Of a DNA stretch of 33,462 nt, positions 23,815-33,462 are shown one piece after another (the stretch's first letter is position 1; each line of letters begins with the position of its first letter). The position numbers and the translations under genes were made by a program. Location of the stretch: contig NW_019091356.1 in the NCBI RefSeq assembly GCF_001949145.1, forward strand, positions 310,001-343,462. Direction: 5' to 3'. The notes beneath the pieces were generated by a model that saw only the letters and a list, made by a program, of their open reading frames with translations, ran no database searches and was not told where the DNA came from. The stretch is from Acanthaster planci. Its lineage: Eukaryota.

Positions 23815-24298
23815 TCATCTTATGAATGCCATCCCATGAACATGTGATTTGAGTCCACATCCTTCCTGGAAGACTCATAGCGTTGTTCCTTTCAGTGATC
23901 GCTCCAACAATTCGTCCAGACCGGTTTCCTATTTTGCACATCCTTCATATTTCTTTTGAGCATCAACAAACTGTCTGTACAGAGTTTCACAGGCATGACT
24001 TACCAAATTGGATAATTTAAAACTGTTAAAAAAATAATAAGTTACATCATACACATTGAGCAAATAAATAGTTTTCAGATAAGAACAATTAAGCGTTCGT
24101 TTGTCAGGGTCATTACAACATCAAACTGGCGGTGCAAAAACCTTTGGACTTGATCCCAAATAAAATAGTTCAAACAGAAGGTAAGCATCGATTAGCAGAA
24201 AAGAACGAACAAGGTAAAGGTTGGTCTGTAATGCACGTTGTGTATGTGAGTTGCAAGGTGCACATCTGCTGTAAATTAGTTGTGTGAAACGTTTTACC

Positions 24299-24374
24299 AT
24301 GGGTTGGAAAACGTTCGTAGCTATTGGAATAGCTGCTTATCTGATCTATCACAGCATCGATCAGTTTGATCCAG
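24299..24374 (+). CDS. HSD11B1L: HSD11B1-like coding exon 1 (MGWKTFVAIGIAAYLIYHSIDQFDP), signal anchor
   Basis: accATGg Kozak context; hydrophobic stretch; consensus donor CAG|gtaagt, phase 1. Too short for the ORF track. Confidence 0.88.
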
Positions 24375-27300
24375 GTAAGTTACATTAAGTGAGCATAATT
24401 CACCCCAAAAAGAATCGTAGTACAAACTGCAATCTATTAGGGTACAATGATCGCCAAGGGATACCTGCCTAGAACCTAAAGCAATCCATCATGCATTAAC
24501 GTTATTGTGCACCTATTGGAGCTATGATATCGCAGTAATACAGTAAAATTCACAAAGTGAATGGTTGGAATAGCCTGAATTGGATGAGTCGTTGAATGGA
24601 ACGACGAAATATGCAGCTCATCAACAATGTGTCCTTTACATGTGTAAACAGTAAAAAATGCCCCTTCAGTTCTATTGTACCAAAAAGTCATGCATGATCG
24701 TCAGCATTTACGAAGTTACTGCAATGTTAATATTTCCAACTCTATCTTAGTGCAGACCTGTTGTAATCCCTACTAGTACGTTGGACTACTGAAATCGTTG
24801 ATCTGGTGTCATGTTAATTATAGGTCAATTTGATAGCATTCATGCACTGTTTGAAGGAAGATAAAGAAGCTTATCCTACAAGCTGTGACTCCGAATATAG
24901 AGCGGACGAACCACTTTAAGAGATAACAGAACCAGACACGGGTTTTCTCAAACAAAACTCCGACGATTGGTGCGATAGACTTCGTGGTTTGGGTCCACAA
25001 CACCAAAACAACCTAGTGACTGACTATTGCGTTTTTTAATTCCGGCTGATAGCGTGGGGGGCAACCAGGGAAGGGCGACCAATGCATCTACATGGTGCGA
25101 TAATTTTTGACCTATAGTTGCTACTTTGCGTACCCAACTGTCACGTGGTATTAAAGGTTGTTTGTGCCTTCTTGGATTCAGAAGTTTCACATGCTGCTTT
25201 TACAAAATTAATATTTCCTTTGAAACCAGGATCCACACAAAAATTCCAAAGGAAATGTGCCGGTGGACATAAAATACTGTATTTTACACGGCAAGGCAGG
25301 CTTTCAACCATGCTATTCGTGTTCACTGTCCCACATCTTCGAGGTTAGCACTAATTTGAGTCAGTTAATTTAACCACTTGGCGCCGAATTACGTGTAAAC
25401 ACGCTTATCGTGAGAAAATCCGACGTTAACTGGCCACACTCTGAACTTATGTCATAATTACTGCCCGTTATCTATACAAAGACTATCATCAAAGACAAAG
25501 AGTCATACAACAGATCTACAGTATGTCTTAATGTCTTCATTGTCGCATTTCGTATTTGCAGCTAGCGTCAAAGACAAAAGGGTTGTGATCACAGGGGCTA
25601 GTACCGGCATCGGAGAAGAGATTGCATATCACTACGCTCGGTTCGGTGCTCGGATCCTCATCACTGCCAGAAGAGAGTCAGTTCTCAAAGAAGTTAGACC
25701 TATAATGTTTCAGAGTATCTGTATAAAAAATACATGTAACTTTGCCAATTAAAATACCGATGGCCCTACAACACATCTGTCCGACTACGCCTAAACCTAA
25801 AATAACCAACTTTTTCTTTATGGTTTTAAGGGTTGGTCGATAAAAGGTCTGGAAGGGTGTATTTCCTTACAACGCAGATGTAGGGAGCTAGCCAACGCTG
25901 AACAATGGACCAAATTAATCTTGCTGCTCAAAGCGAGTAGCGAAAACTATTTGTTCTCTTGTATGATGGACAATAGTGGAGGGAAGGACGTGGTTGAAGT
26001 CGGTGAAACGATACAAAAGATGGAGACGCAACCTCACCCATTCGAATCAAAGAATCATCTTTTTCTGGCAGTGTAGCTGCAGTCTTTCATTAAATCATTA
26101 ACATTATTATCTGGCACAGTCAGTTCAACGAACAAAAAACATAATTCCCTCCCCTTAATTGAGTGGTCATTTTTCAATGAAGTCGGGAGATACCCATCGG
26201 TCTCAGCATTAATGATAAACTATCTCTTTGAATGCATTTGTTTCCTTCAACGTATTTTGTGACACTTTATCACTGCTACCCATTCCCGGCAACCATGAAC
26301 ACTTGTTTACACCTCAGGTTGTGGCAAAATGCAAAGAGCTTGGAGCCAAGGAGGTGTTCTATATCCCGTTGGATATGGCCAAGGAAGAGGCTCCTAAGAT
26401 TCTGATCGATGAGGCAGAGAAGAAGTTTCGAGGACTAGATCATCTTATCTTGAATCACATCATTAGTAGTTACCCGAAATTCTGGGACGGAGAATTCGAC
26501 TCTGTAATGAAGAAGGTGCGTTTTGCCATTTTGAGTGAGCAAAATTTCTCGTGACAGTTTTCCCCAAACTGTTCGCGATTTCCTGAACGATTCTGAACAT
26601 ATCAGGAGCGCCCATACACGCACACACACACAAAAGTGTGTATTTGCCTGCAACTGGGGACCCCTTATTGTTCTTTTTTAGAAGACCACCCATACACAGT
26701 TGTCAATCGGGGACCCTCTGTTAATCGGGGACCTTATTGTCCTCTATTGTTCAGGGTCCCCAATTGAATGCAGAAACAAACTCATACACCCAAGGAGACT
26801 AAAAAAAACACCAATTCAGAGCCGTGCCTATGCGGGCACACGTGTTTATTTTGAAGAGGACAGAAAGTGAACTTAAAAGTGACTACCTCATCCGTGTTTA
26901 ATACACGAAATGGACGAAAGAAGACGTTCGTGGTGAAAAAAGTACTCGCTTTATATTCTTGCAGACGATGGAAGTCAATTTCTTCGCCTACATCAGACTA
27001 GCGACACACGCCACGCCCATGCTAAGGGAAAGCAAAGGTCATATCGGTGTGGTTTCGTCTGGAGCAGGTAAACGAGTAGCGAGGGAATTTTATAGAGGTG
27101 GGAAAGATTTGGTCAGGTTGACTGTGTTTGAGGCTGGCAGTGCGGGGAGACACGTTACTCAATGCATGATATAAAGAACAAGAAAATCTTTTAACTCAGG
27201 ACTGGGGTGTGTGCGTTCATGAGAGACAAGAGACATTTGTTCCGACAAAAAGCGGTCCAGACCATTCATTGACTCGTGAAAGAATTGCACAACACAATGT

Positions 27301-27891
27301 CCCTTTTATTTACTTCAAATGATTGAAATTATTGCATCCCTGTCCAGGAAAGATAGGTCTGCCTTTCGTAGCAATCTACAGCGCCTCGAAGTTTGCTCTC
27401 CATGGTTTCTTCGACGCTCTTCGGCAAGAATACAAAATGCAGAATTTTGGAATATCAATCTCGACTTTTGTTCTCGGTATGAAATTAAACCAGAATATCA
27501 TTAAACTTAAGCAACAGCTGTACTTTTCATGAAGTATATGAATGGGCAAAACGAGGGCTTTCAGAAAAATGCCATGAGCATTACACAGCGTTACAATTCA
27601 TATGTAAAATCAAAATTCACCATGGTAACGATGTTTGTTATTTCAGGCGGCATCAACACCACCAATGTTGCCAAGGATACCACCAAAATTTTCCTGGAGC
27701 AGACTTTCTACACTACCCCATCTGACACAGCTCTACGTATCATCAAAGGAACAACAAACCGTGAACGGGAGGTCTATTACCCATACTTCCCAATCACAAA
27801 GATGAGAGACTTTGCTCCTGAACTGATGGAAAGAATTGTGCAGTCACAGACCCTGAATCACGATACTATCAAGAAACTCCTGACAGCCTAG
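24299..27891 (+). CDS. HSD11B1L: Hydroxysteroid 11-beta-dehydrogenase 1-like short-chain dehydrogenase/reductase; join(24299..24374,25562..25692,26318..26515,26965..27067,27348..27476,27647..27891); 882 nt, 293 aa
   Basis: N-terminal anchor ending FDP; TGASTGIG cofactor motif; ITARR (NADP(H)-type basic residues); family-typical LILNHI in place of NNAG; EVNF; VVSSGAG (catalytic Ser); YSASK catalytic motif. All introns GT-AG with phases 1,0,0,1,1. Confidence 0.93.
25562..25692 (+). CDS. HSD11B1L: HSD11B1-like coding exon 2 (Rossmann TGASTGIG...ITARRESVLKE)
   Basis: Acceptor tatttgcag|, donor GAA|gttaga; 131 nt, phase 1-0. Confidence 0.92.
26318..26515 (+). CDS. HSD11B1L: HSD11B1-like coding exon 3 (VVAKCKELGA...GLDHLILNHI...VMKK)
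   Basis: Acceptor acacctcag|, donor AAG|gtgcgt; 198 nt, phase 0-0. Confidence 0.92.
26648..26773. repeat. Cluster of GGGGACC-core direct and inverted repeats, possible MITE remnant in HSD11B1-like intron 3
   Basis: Three direct copies (26652, 26705, 26723) and one inverted copy; TCAATCGGGGACCCT (26703..26717) versus AGGGTCCCCAATTGA (26753..26767) match 14/15 as an inverted repeat. Confidence 0.5.
26965..27067 (+). CDS. HSD11B1L: HSD11B1-like coding exon 4 (TMEVNFFAY...VVSSGA)
   Basis: Acceptor attcttgcag|, donor CAG|gtaaac; 103 nt, phase 0-1. Confidence 0.92.
27348..27476 (+). CDS. HSD11B1L: HSD11B1-like coding exon 5 (GKIGLPFVAIYSASKFALHGFF...FVL)
   Basis: Acceptor ccctgtccag|, donor CTCG|gtatga; 129 nt, phase 1-1; YxxxK catalytic motif. 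Confidence 0.93.
27647..27891 (+). CDS. HSD11B1L: HSD11B1-like terminal coding exon (GGINTT...ALRIIKG...REVYYP...KKLLTA*)
   Basis: Acceptor gttatttcag|, phase 1; TAG at 27889..27891; REVYYP motif typical of the family. Confidence 0.92.
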
Positions 27892-28353
27892 GAAGAATGC
27901 TAAAAATGGTCAAAGACTAATCCTCAATTTCAGCCACTATAGAATATATAACCCATCGTCTTTGAAATAATTCAAATTTGTTGAATATTACTATGTTTCA
28001 TGTGGACATGCAGTTTAGGGTACCAACGCACTCCTTACATACGTACACAATAACTGCTAATAGAGGCCTATTTTCAAAAACTCGAGGCAACAAAATCTTT
28101 ACCGATGATTTCGCAGTGCAAGTGGTTTTTGATGCGGCTACAAAGCAACCCCCAGGAAATTCGCTTCAGTCTTTCGTCTAATTCATTGAAGAATTCAATC
28201 AACTGCCGGTGTAAATTTGCAAAGGTTGTTGGAATTTAGTCAGACGTTGGTGTGCTGATTATGGCAAATTTTAAATCATTCATTTTAAATGTCTTTTAAT
28301 CAAAATCCTGTGTCAATTAAACAGCTAATTAAAAGCAATATCAATGCTAGGAG

Positions 28354-28359
28354 AATAAA
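28354..28359 (+). terminator. Candidate polyA signal AATAAA for the HSD11B1-like gene
   Basis: Canonical hexamer about 460 nt downstream of the stop codon; motif only. Confidence 0.35.
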
Positions 28360-28421
28360 ACACAAACTCTTCATGTGACAGACTTGGGAACAACAAAAAT
28401 TTTACACTAAAATTGTGTAGT

Positions 28422-28435
28422 TTTATTGCAATAAA
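28422..28435. terminator. Palindromic polyadenylation signal TTTATTGCAATAAA (AATAAA on both strands)
   Basis: Perfect 14-bp palindrome about 530 nt after the HSD11B1-like stop; TGTA at 28416 (+) and TGTACA at 28459 (both strands) lie upstream of the respective hexamers. Confidence 0.5.
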
Positions 28436-29410
28436 TAGGGGTATACTGCTTAGAATATTGTACATTTTCAAAAGATGTTTTGCATATTTGAAGTTGGAAC
28501 AGTACCAGTAAGAGTTTTCATTTCAAAAACTCAGGGTAGGTTTCCATGGGGATTAAAAATCAAGAAAATCTTCAAGTAAACAGAATTTACATTGGTAAAG
28601 AAGTCAATGACCCATTTGAGTCAATTCATATTGATCTTTCCACCACAGCCCGGCCCCCTAGGGAGTGGTAAAATAACCAAATGAATATATCACGTGGGAC
28701 ATTATTTGTCAACTAGGGAGTGCGTAAGTGCGAGAATCCATTTTAATTAGCTGAAGTAGACACACCCTTAGAATATTCGGGTGTTGCCCCATCACAACAG
28801 TTAATCCTTCATCAACCCGGACGAAGCAATCAGATGTTTGCCACCACAGAACAATCCTTATGCAAAATGATTGACCATCTTCCCTTCTTGACCACTCTTA
28901 GAAGTGATGTTTTTACCCCACGGGGATTCGGTTTCCCACCCCGCCCGTCCACAAATTCAATGTCCGTTTGCTAATAACTAAGCTATGATCCACATCCTTC
29001 AGTCAGAAAACAATTGGTAAAAGGCAGGGCCTATATACCGTCAACACACAGCTGGCCACAAATTTTGGTGGTAACTTTAAACACCGTTTCTTCTTCAAAA
29101 GAGCGAGGATATCTCTTTTCCAATTGCATTTTCATGTCCTTTTTGAAAGAACTGAAGCATGGACAGATTTCATGTTTTCTTCGTTTCATTGCTACCTCTG
29201 ATGTGTCCAATCAGTTGGGGTGACCAAGCACTCGACCCAAGAGGGCGTAATGTCTGTAATCTCCAAAAACGGTAAGTGGAAACGTTTAACTACATTCGAA
29301 TTTACTCACATGTTAGATTTTAATTCTTTATCAGGGAAAAAGGGTTCTCTATTAGTGCAATCGAAACGATAATGCATATCCAAGAAAAATTTGCATTCAG
29401 AGAAGGACTC

Positions 29411-29470
29411 AAAAATGGGTGGATTCGAACCTACGTCTCACGACATGGAAGAGAGGTACCACTGCACTTA
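29411..29470 (-). mobile_element. Degenerate tRNA-derived element (SINE head or tRNA pseudogene)
   Basis: Minus strand reads A-box-like AAGTGCAGTGG, an exact B box GGTTCGAATCC (29421..29431), then TTTTT. The T-stem is mismatched and no cloverleaf forms, so it is not a functional tRNA. Confidence 0.4.
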
Positions 29471-32400
29471 TCATAGGTCACATCAGATTAAAGTCTGTCG
29501 ATCTATCGAACGAGGTTTCTGAGTTATCGGTAGGTGAACTACAAGATGCGCGGCTGTTATAGAGTACGTGAATGTAGGTCGGTTTAAACTGCTAAAAATC
29601 TCTCTTTGAGGACATTAAGGGACACACTAAAGAACAAACTTGGCCGTAGGTTTCAAAGAAGGAACGGGCACGTGTTTTTACCAAGTTGGTTGGGGGAAAG
29701 TTTTTGCTCTAATGACAATTAGAATGTTCCATGCTTGAGGCATATAAATGCCAAAATGAGAGTATAATGTAGCACATGCTATGATGTTCCATATCCTTTA
29801 GTTTAACTCCCAGGTCCGACAGGATGCCATTTCTTATTCAGGAATCCGATATCGCCACCAAATATGAAACGGAATAATGATCCCAAGGGAATAAAGATTT
29901 GGTTGCACAAGACATGGCAGTTCTCAACCAAAATTCGAAAAGGAAAATTATGACTAAGAATTTCCCTTGCAAATGCGCAGATTTTATAAATGACAAATGC
30001 CGGTCTTTTTTTCCGGCGATAACATTTTTATATAAAATTCTGCTTCTTTTACATCATATAAATAGAATGGTACCAATTCTGATAACATGTCTGATACACG
30101 CGTGCTTGAGTACTAATTTACTTTTTAAAACACGTCTTAATTTATTGACCTTGCACGAAAACAAAACTTTACAAATAGCCGGATGCATCAAGGAGGTGAT
30201 ATTTGACAAAACTAAAATAATTTTTCAAACGATTAAACATAATTTATTCACCTTGTTTTCCTAAAAGCAATAAATCATTTTTGGTGCAAGAAAATGTCAG
30301 TACTATGGCATACTCTTACACGTGACAACTACTGTTGGCACAATTACTGTCCTTATTTCTAGGTAAGGATGAATAAATCATCACTTAGCATTTATGACGC
30401 TCCAGAAAGGAAACAGTGATTTGGCGGTTTTCTTAGCCAGGAAAGCCTGCGGGTAGTAAAACTTGATTGTTATTCCATCCCTGGATTTTATCAGGACATC
30501 CTTACAGTCACACAGCAGACCATTCTCCCTTTGCATACTATTCACATTTGTAGCCAACGTTTGCAGAAATATCACATTTGGTTGGTTTCAGACTTTGCAT
30601 CAACATGGACATCAAGCATTGTGTATCTCGTTCTGTTCAAGTGTCTGACCTTGTCATTTCAACGGCTGGCTTATTTCTGATTCAGCAAAATAACCAGAAA
30701 CAAATGTGGAGTGACTAGGAAAGACCCGAAACTCTGCAGGTGTATTCTACAGTGACTAATAGAAAGGAAATAGCATGATTGGGCAAAGTGCAAAGCGTCA
30801 CACCTTTATCCATCCTGCCAGATTACAGCACCACAATTGACGACCTGAAAACAATTCCATTGCCAAAACTGTCACAGCAACCCATGGGTGTGAGAGCGAT
30901 TTGAATAGATCTACAGAGCCTTAATTTGTAACGAAGATACATCTGTTCCCTGTTGGTTCCCATCTCAGTGCCAAACACCACTCTCACTTTCTCTCCACAG
31001 CTAAATCACAAGTATTTGATATAAAAGGGCTTCACAAGTGGTGTCACAAAGTTTCAAAACAATTTTCTTATACTTATCTGAAAATTCATCATGATTTCAG
31101 ATTTTTTTAGCTAATATTATAAGTTTGTAAGACACCTATGGGAACACGAACCTGCGTCTGCCGAGATTCTACATAAAAACTGTATACGATAATGAAACAC
31201 TGAACTTCTGAGAGAAATTCCAGAGAAAAATCCACAACCACTTGCTTGTCTCATAACTTGTCTCACTCACGCTTTTTCTAGGCCATACCCGTATGACGCT
31301 CTAAGGCCGAATAATTGGCAGCTAAAGGCACACGACCTGACGGAGCACCGATGTTGTGACGGTTGGAGACAAATTGGAGACTCTTGTCCTAAAGGTAACT
31401 CTACATGATGAGATCTCATTGCCAACCCTCCTTAATGCCAACACTGTCAGCCTTTGCTAGTGAAAAAAATACACCTTATTCCCGTGGTCTACCTTTTCAG
31501 CTGAAACAGGATCCAACACAATTCATCGCATTTAAACACAAAGGCAAATTACAATTATCGTAATGCAAAATTGCCTCTGTCCTTGACTTAATTAACACTG
31601 GAGTCGAACTTCGACAAATGCTAAAGAGACACAGTGGAGTACATGATCAAAATATTGACAGGGTCAATGACCTACTTATGATCTCTCCGTCATGGAGAAG
31701 GTAACAATGTTTCAACACCCAGGCTGATAATTACTGAAATGATGACTTCCTTTCCAATATCCCAATAGACCTGCCCCTTTGTAGTAAACAATCACATTCA
31801 ATGAATGCCATGCCTAGTGTCTTTTCTTTTTTATTATTTTTAACACCTTGTCTTGACAGCATTTAACTTCATATTTCTAATCGAACAAAATTTCCACGAT
31901 TCGAATTTCTCCTAGCTGTGTGCGACATTCCTTGCGTTCACGGTCAGTGTGCCGACCCAAATTACTGCTTATGTGATGACCACTGGGCGGTGAGTGCTTC
32001 CTTTTCTTCCTTACATTTCAAATCACCTTTCTCTTTAAAACAAATTTAAATAATTCAAATGGAGATGTCCAGAATCAACCAGTCACTCAATTTCTTGCTC
32101 GATTGTTATCCAGAAAAACAGACCATGGGGTATTGTTCCACGCACTTCACTCAATTTGTTTCAAACAAATGCTGTTGCTATGAAAAGTTGTTCTTGTTTC
32201 TAGCTCCCTAAAGGGCAAAGAAACACGAGAATTAATCCCCAACTTAAATCTCAACTAACGGAGTAGAAGTTAGGGGTCCTCTTTTTAGAACACGCCTTAC
32301 AGATAATCATGCGCGATCAAAGATGACTTAATGAAGAAAGAAGGCACCAAGGTCATGCCATTCCGATTACGAAGCTTTCGAATGACTGATTGGTACGATT

Positions 32401-33347
32401 AACTGACTTAAAGCATCACAGGGCTGGACCTTGAGAAAAAAGTATAATCAATTTAAAGACGCGATCTGGATTTGTTTTCTATTTTTATAGACAAAGATCT
32501 ATATGTGATTCAATCACACAGGACAATTCACGCTACAGTAATCATTCATCAGCATTGCTCGAGGCTGAAGCTAACGATGGCCATCGTCAAAGAATTAATT
32601 GTGATGCCTGGTACACACGTTTGCGATTTTGTCAAACATCAAGTTTCCAAATCCATGCATTAGGAACTTTGGTAAAGTTCAACGCAGCTGTCAATGATAA
32701 CAAAGACGAAAGTAATTGGCGCGTCCGGTGTGAAATTAAATTGTACATTTAACACACTTCTTTATCATCGGTAAGAGATCGCTCATGTGGTGATGTTTGG
32801 TGTGGATATGTCAAGATTACAGGTGAAACAATAATCCCTGGTGACACGCTATGGGATGGGAGAGAGACCATCTTTGACATGAATCATGACTGTGCTAGAA
32901 AGTAATACACCTCATACTCATCATGAAAACCGTGACTGCTGTCAACAAACCGAGCCTACGGTTAATTCAGAGGAAATTAAAAAAGGAGTTAGAAAGATAA
33001 TATAGGATGAATTATGGAATGAATTGACGTTAGTGGTTGAATTTCGAACTAAATAATTTTTAATTAAGCTGGAATTGTCACCGATTTGATAGCTTAACAT
33101 TAGTTCTCTACTAGAAATCTATCAGCTGCGAATACTGGGGAATCACTTACATTGCAGACGACAGACGGGGACCTCATTCGATGATGTGGAAGGAAAAAAG
33201 GGCAAAACGTCAGTAGATTGTGATGTGATGACCTTTTTCGAAATATCTCAAGCCTGCAATGAATCAGCCCTATTTTCCGATTTGATGTTGCTCTAGTGCC
33301 TTTTTTGTGAATTTTTGGCAAAACTGTATGAAAACAACTAGAAGTAT

Positions 33348-33461
33348 TTAGAATGCTGTATCACCGTAATCATCATCATGGCCCAAAACTAACGAACAGT
33401 GGGACAGTACGTCGCTAGACTGGAGGAGTGGAGCGCCAGTAGACTGAGGACGAGCACGCTC
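33348..33461 (-). CDS. Possible C-terminal fragment of a third, convergent gene running off the window (…ERARPQSTGAPLLQSSDVLSHCSLVLGHDDDYGDTAF*)
   Basis: The frame is open to the window edge, GC content rises visibly there, and the end resembles a class I PDZ ligand (T-A-F). A second frame is also open for about 23 codons, so the call is uncertain. Confidence 0.3.
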   Translation of the reverse strand, partial: ERARPQSTGAPLLQSSDVLSHCSLVLGHDDDYGDTAF

Positions 33462-33462
33462 A

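Overview
AT-rich eukaryotic (metazoan, probably marine invertebrate; the organism cannot be fixed from sequence alone) genomic DNA with GT-AG spliceosomal introns. I assembled two complete multi-exon genes by hand, arranged head-to-head with start codons about 2.8 kb apart. (1) Minus strand, 6 coding exons, 21538->4339, 627 aa: a type I membrane protein with signal peptide, a 6-Cys EMI domain of MEGF10/Draper/CED-1 type, a Thr-rich disordered stalk with no EGF repeats, one TM helix and a ~340-aa tail carrying two ITAM-like tyrosine pairs plus ITIM-like motifs. (2) Plus strand, 6 coding exons, 24299->27891, 293 aa: an HSD11B1/HSD11B1L-family short-chain dehydrogenase. Also present are a candidate 24-nt stop-containing micro-exon that would give an EMI-only isoform or an NMD target, a 4x26-bp minisatellite, a degenerate tRNA/SINE-like element, a palindromic two-strand polyA signal, and possibly the last coding exon of a third, convergent gene at the right edge. 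Most ORF-track entries are not genes. No CRISPR array, rRNA or autonomous transposon was seen. All gene models are manual and not verified by RNA data.
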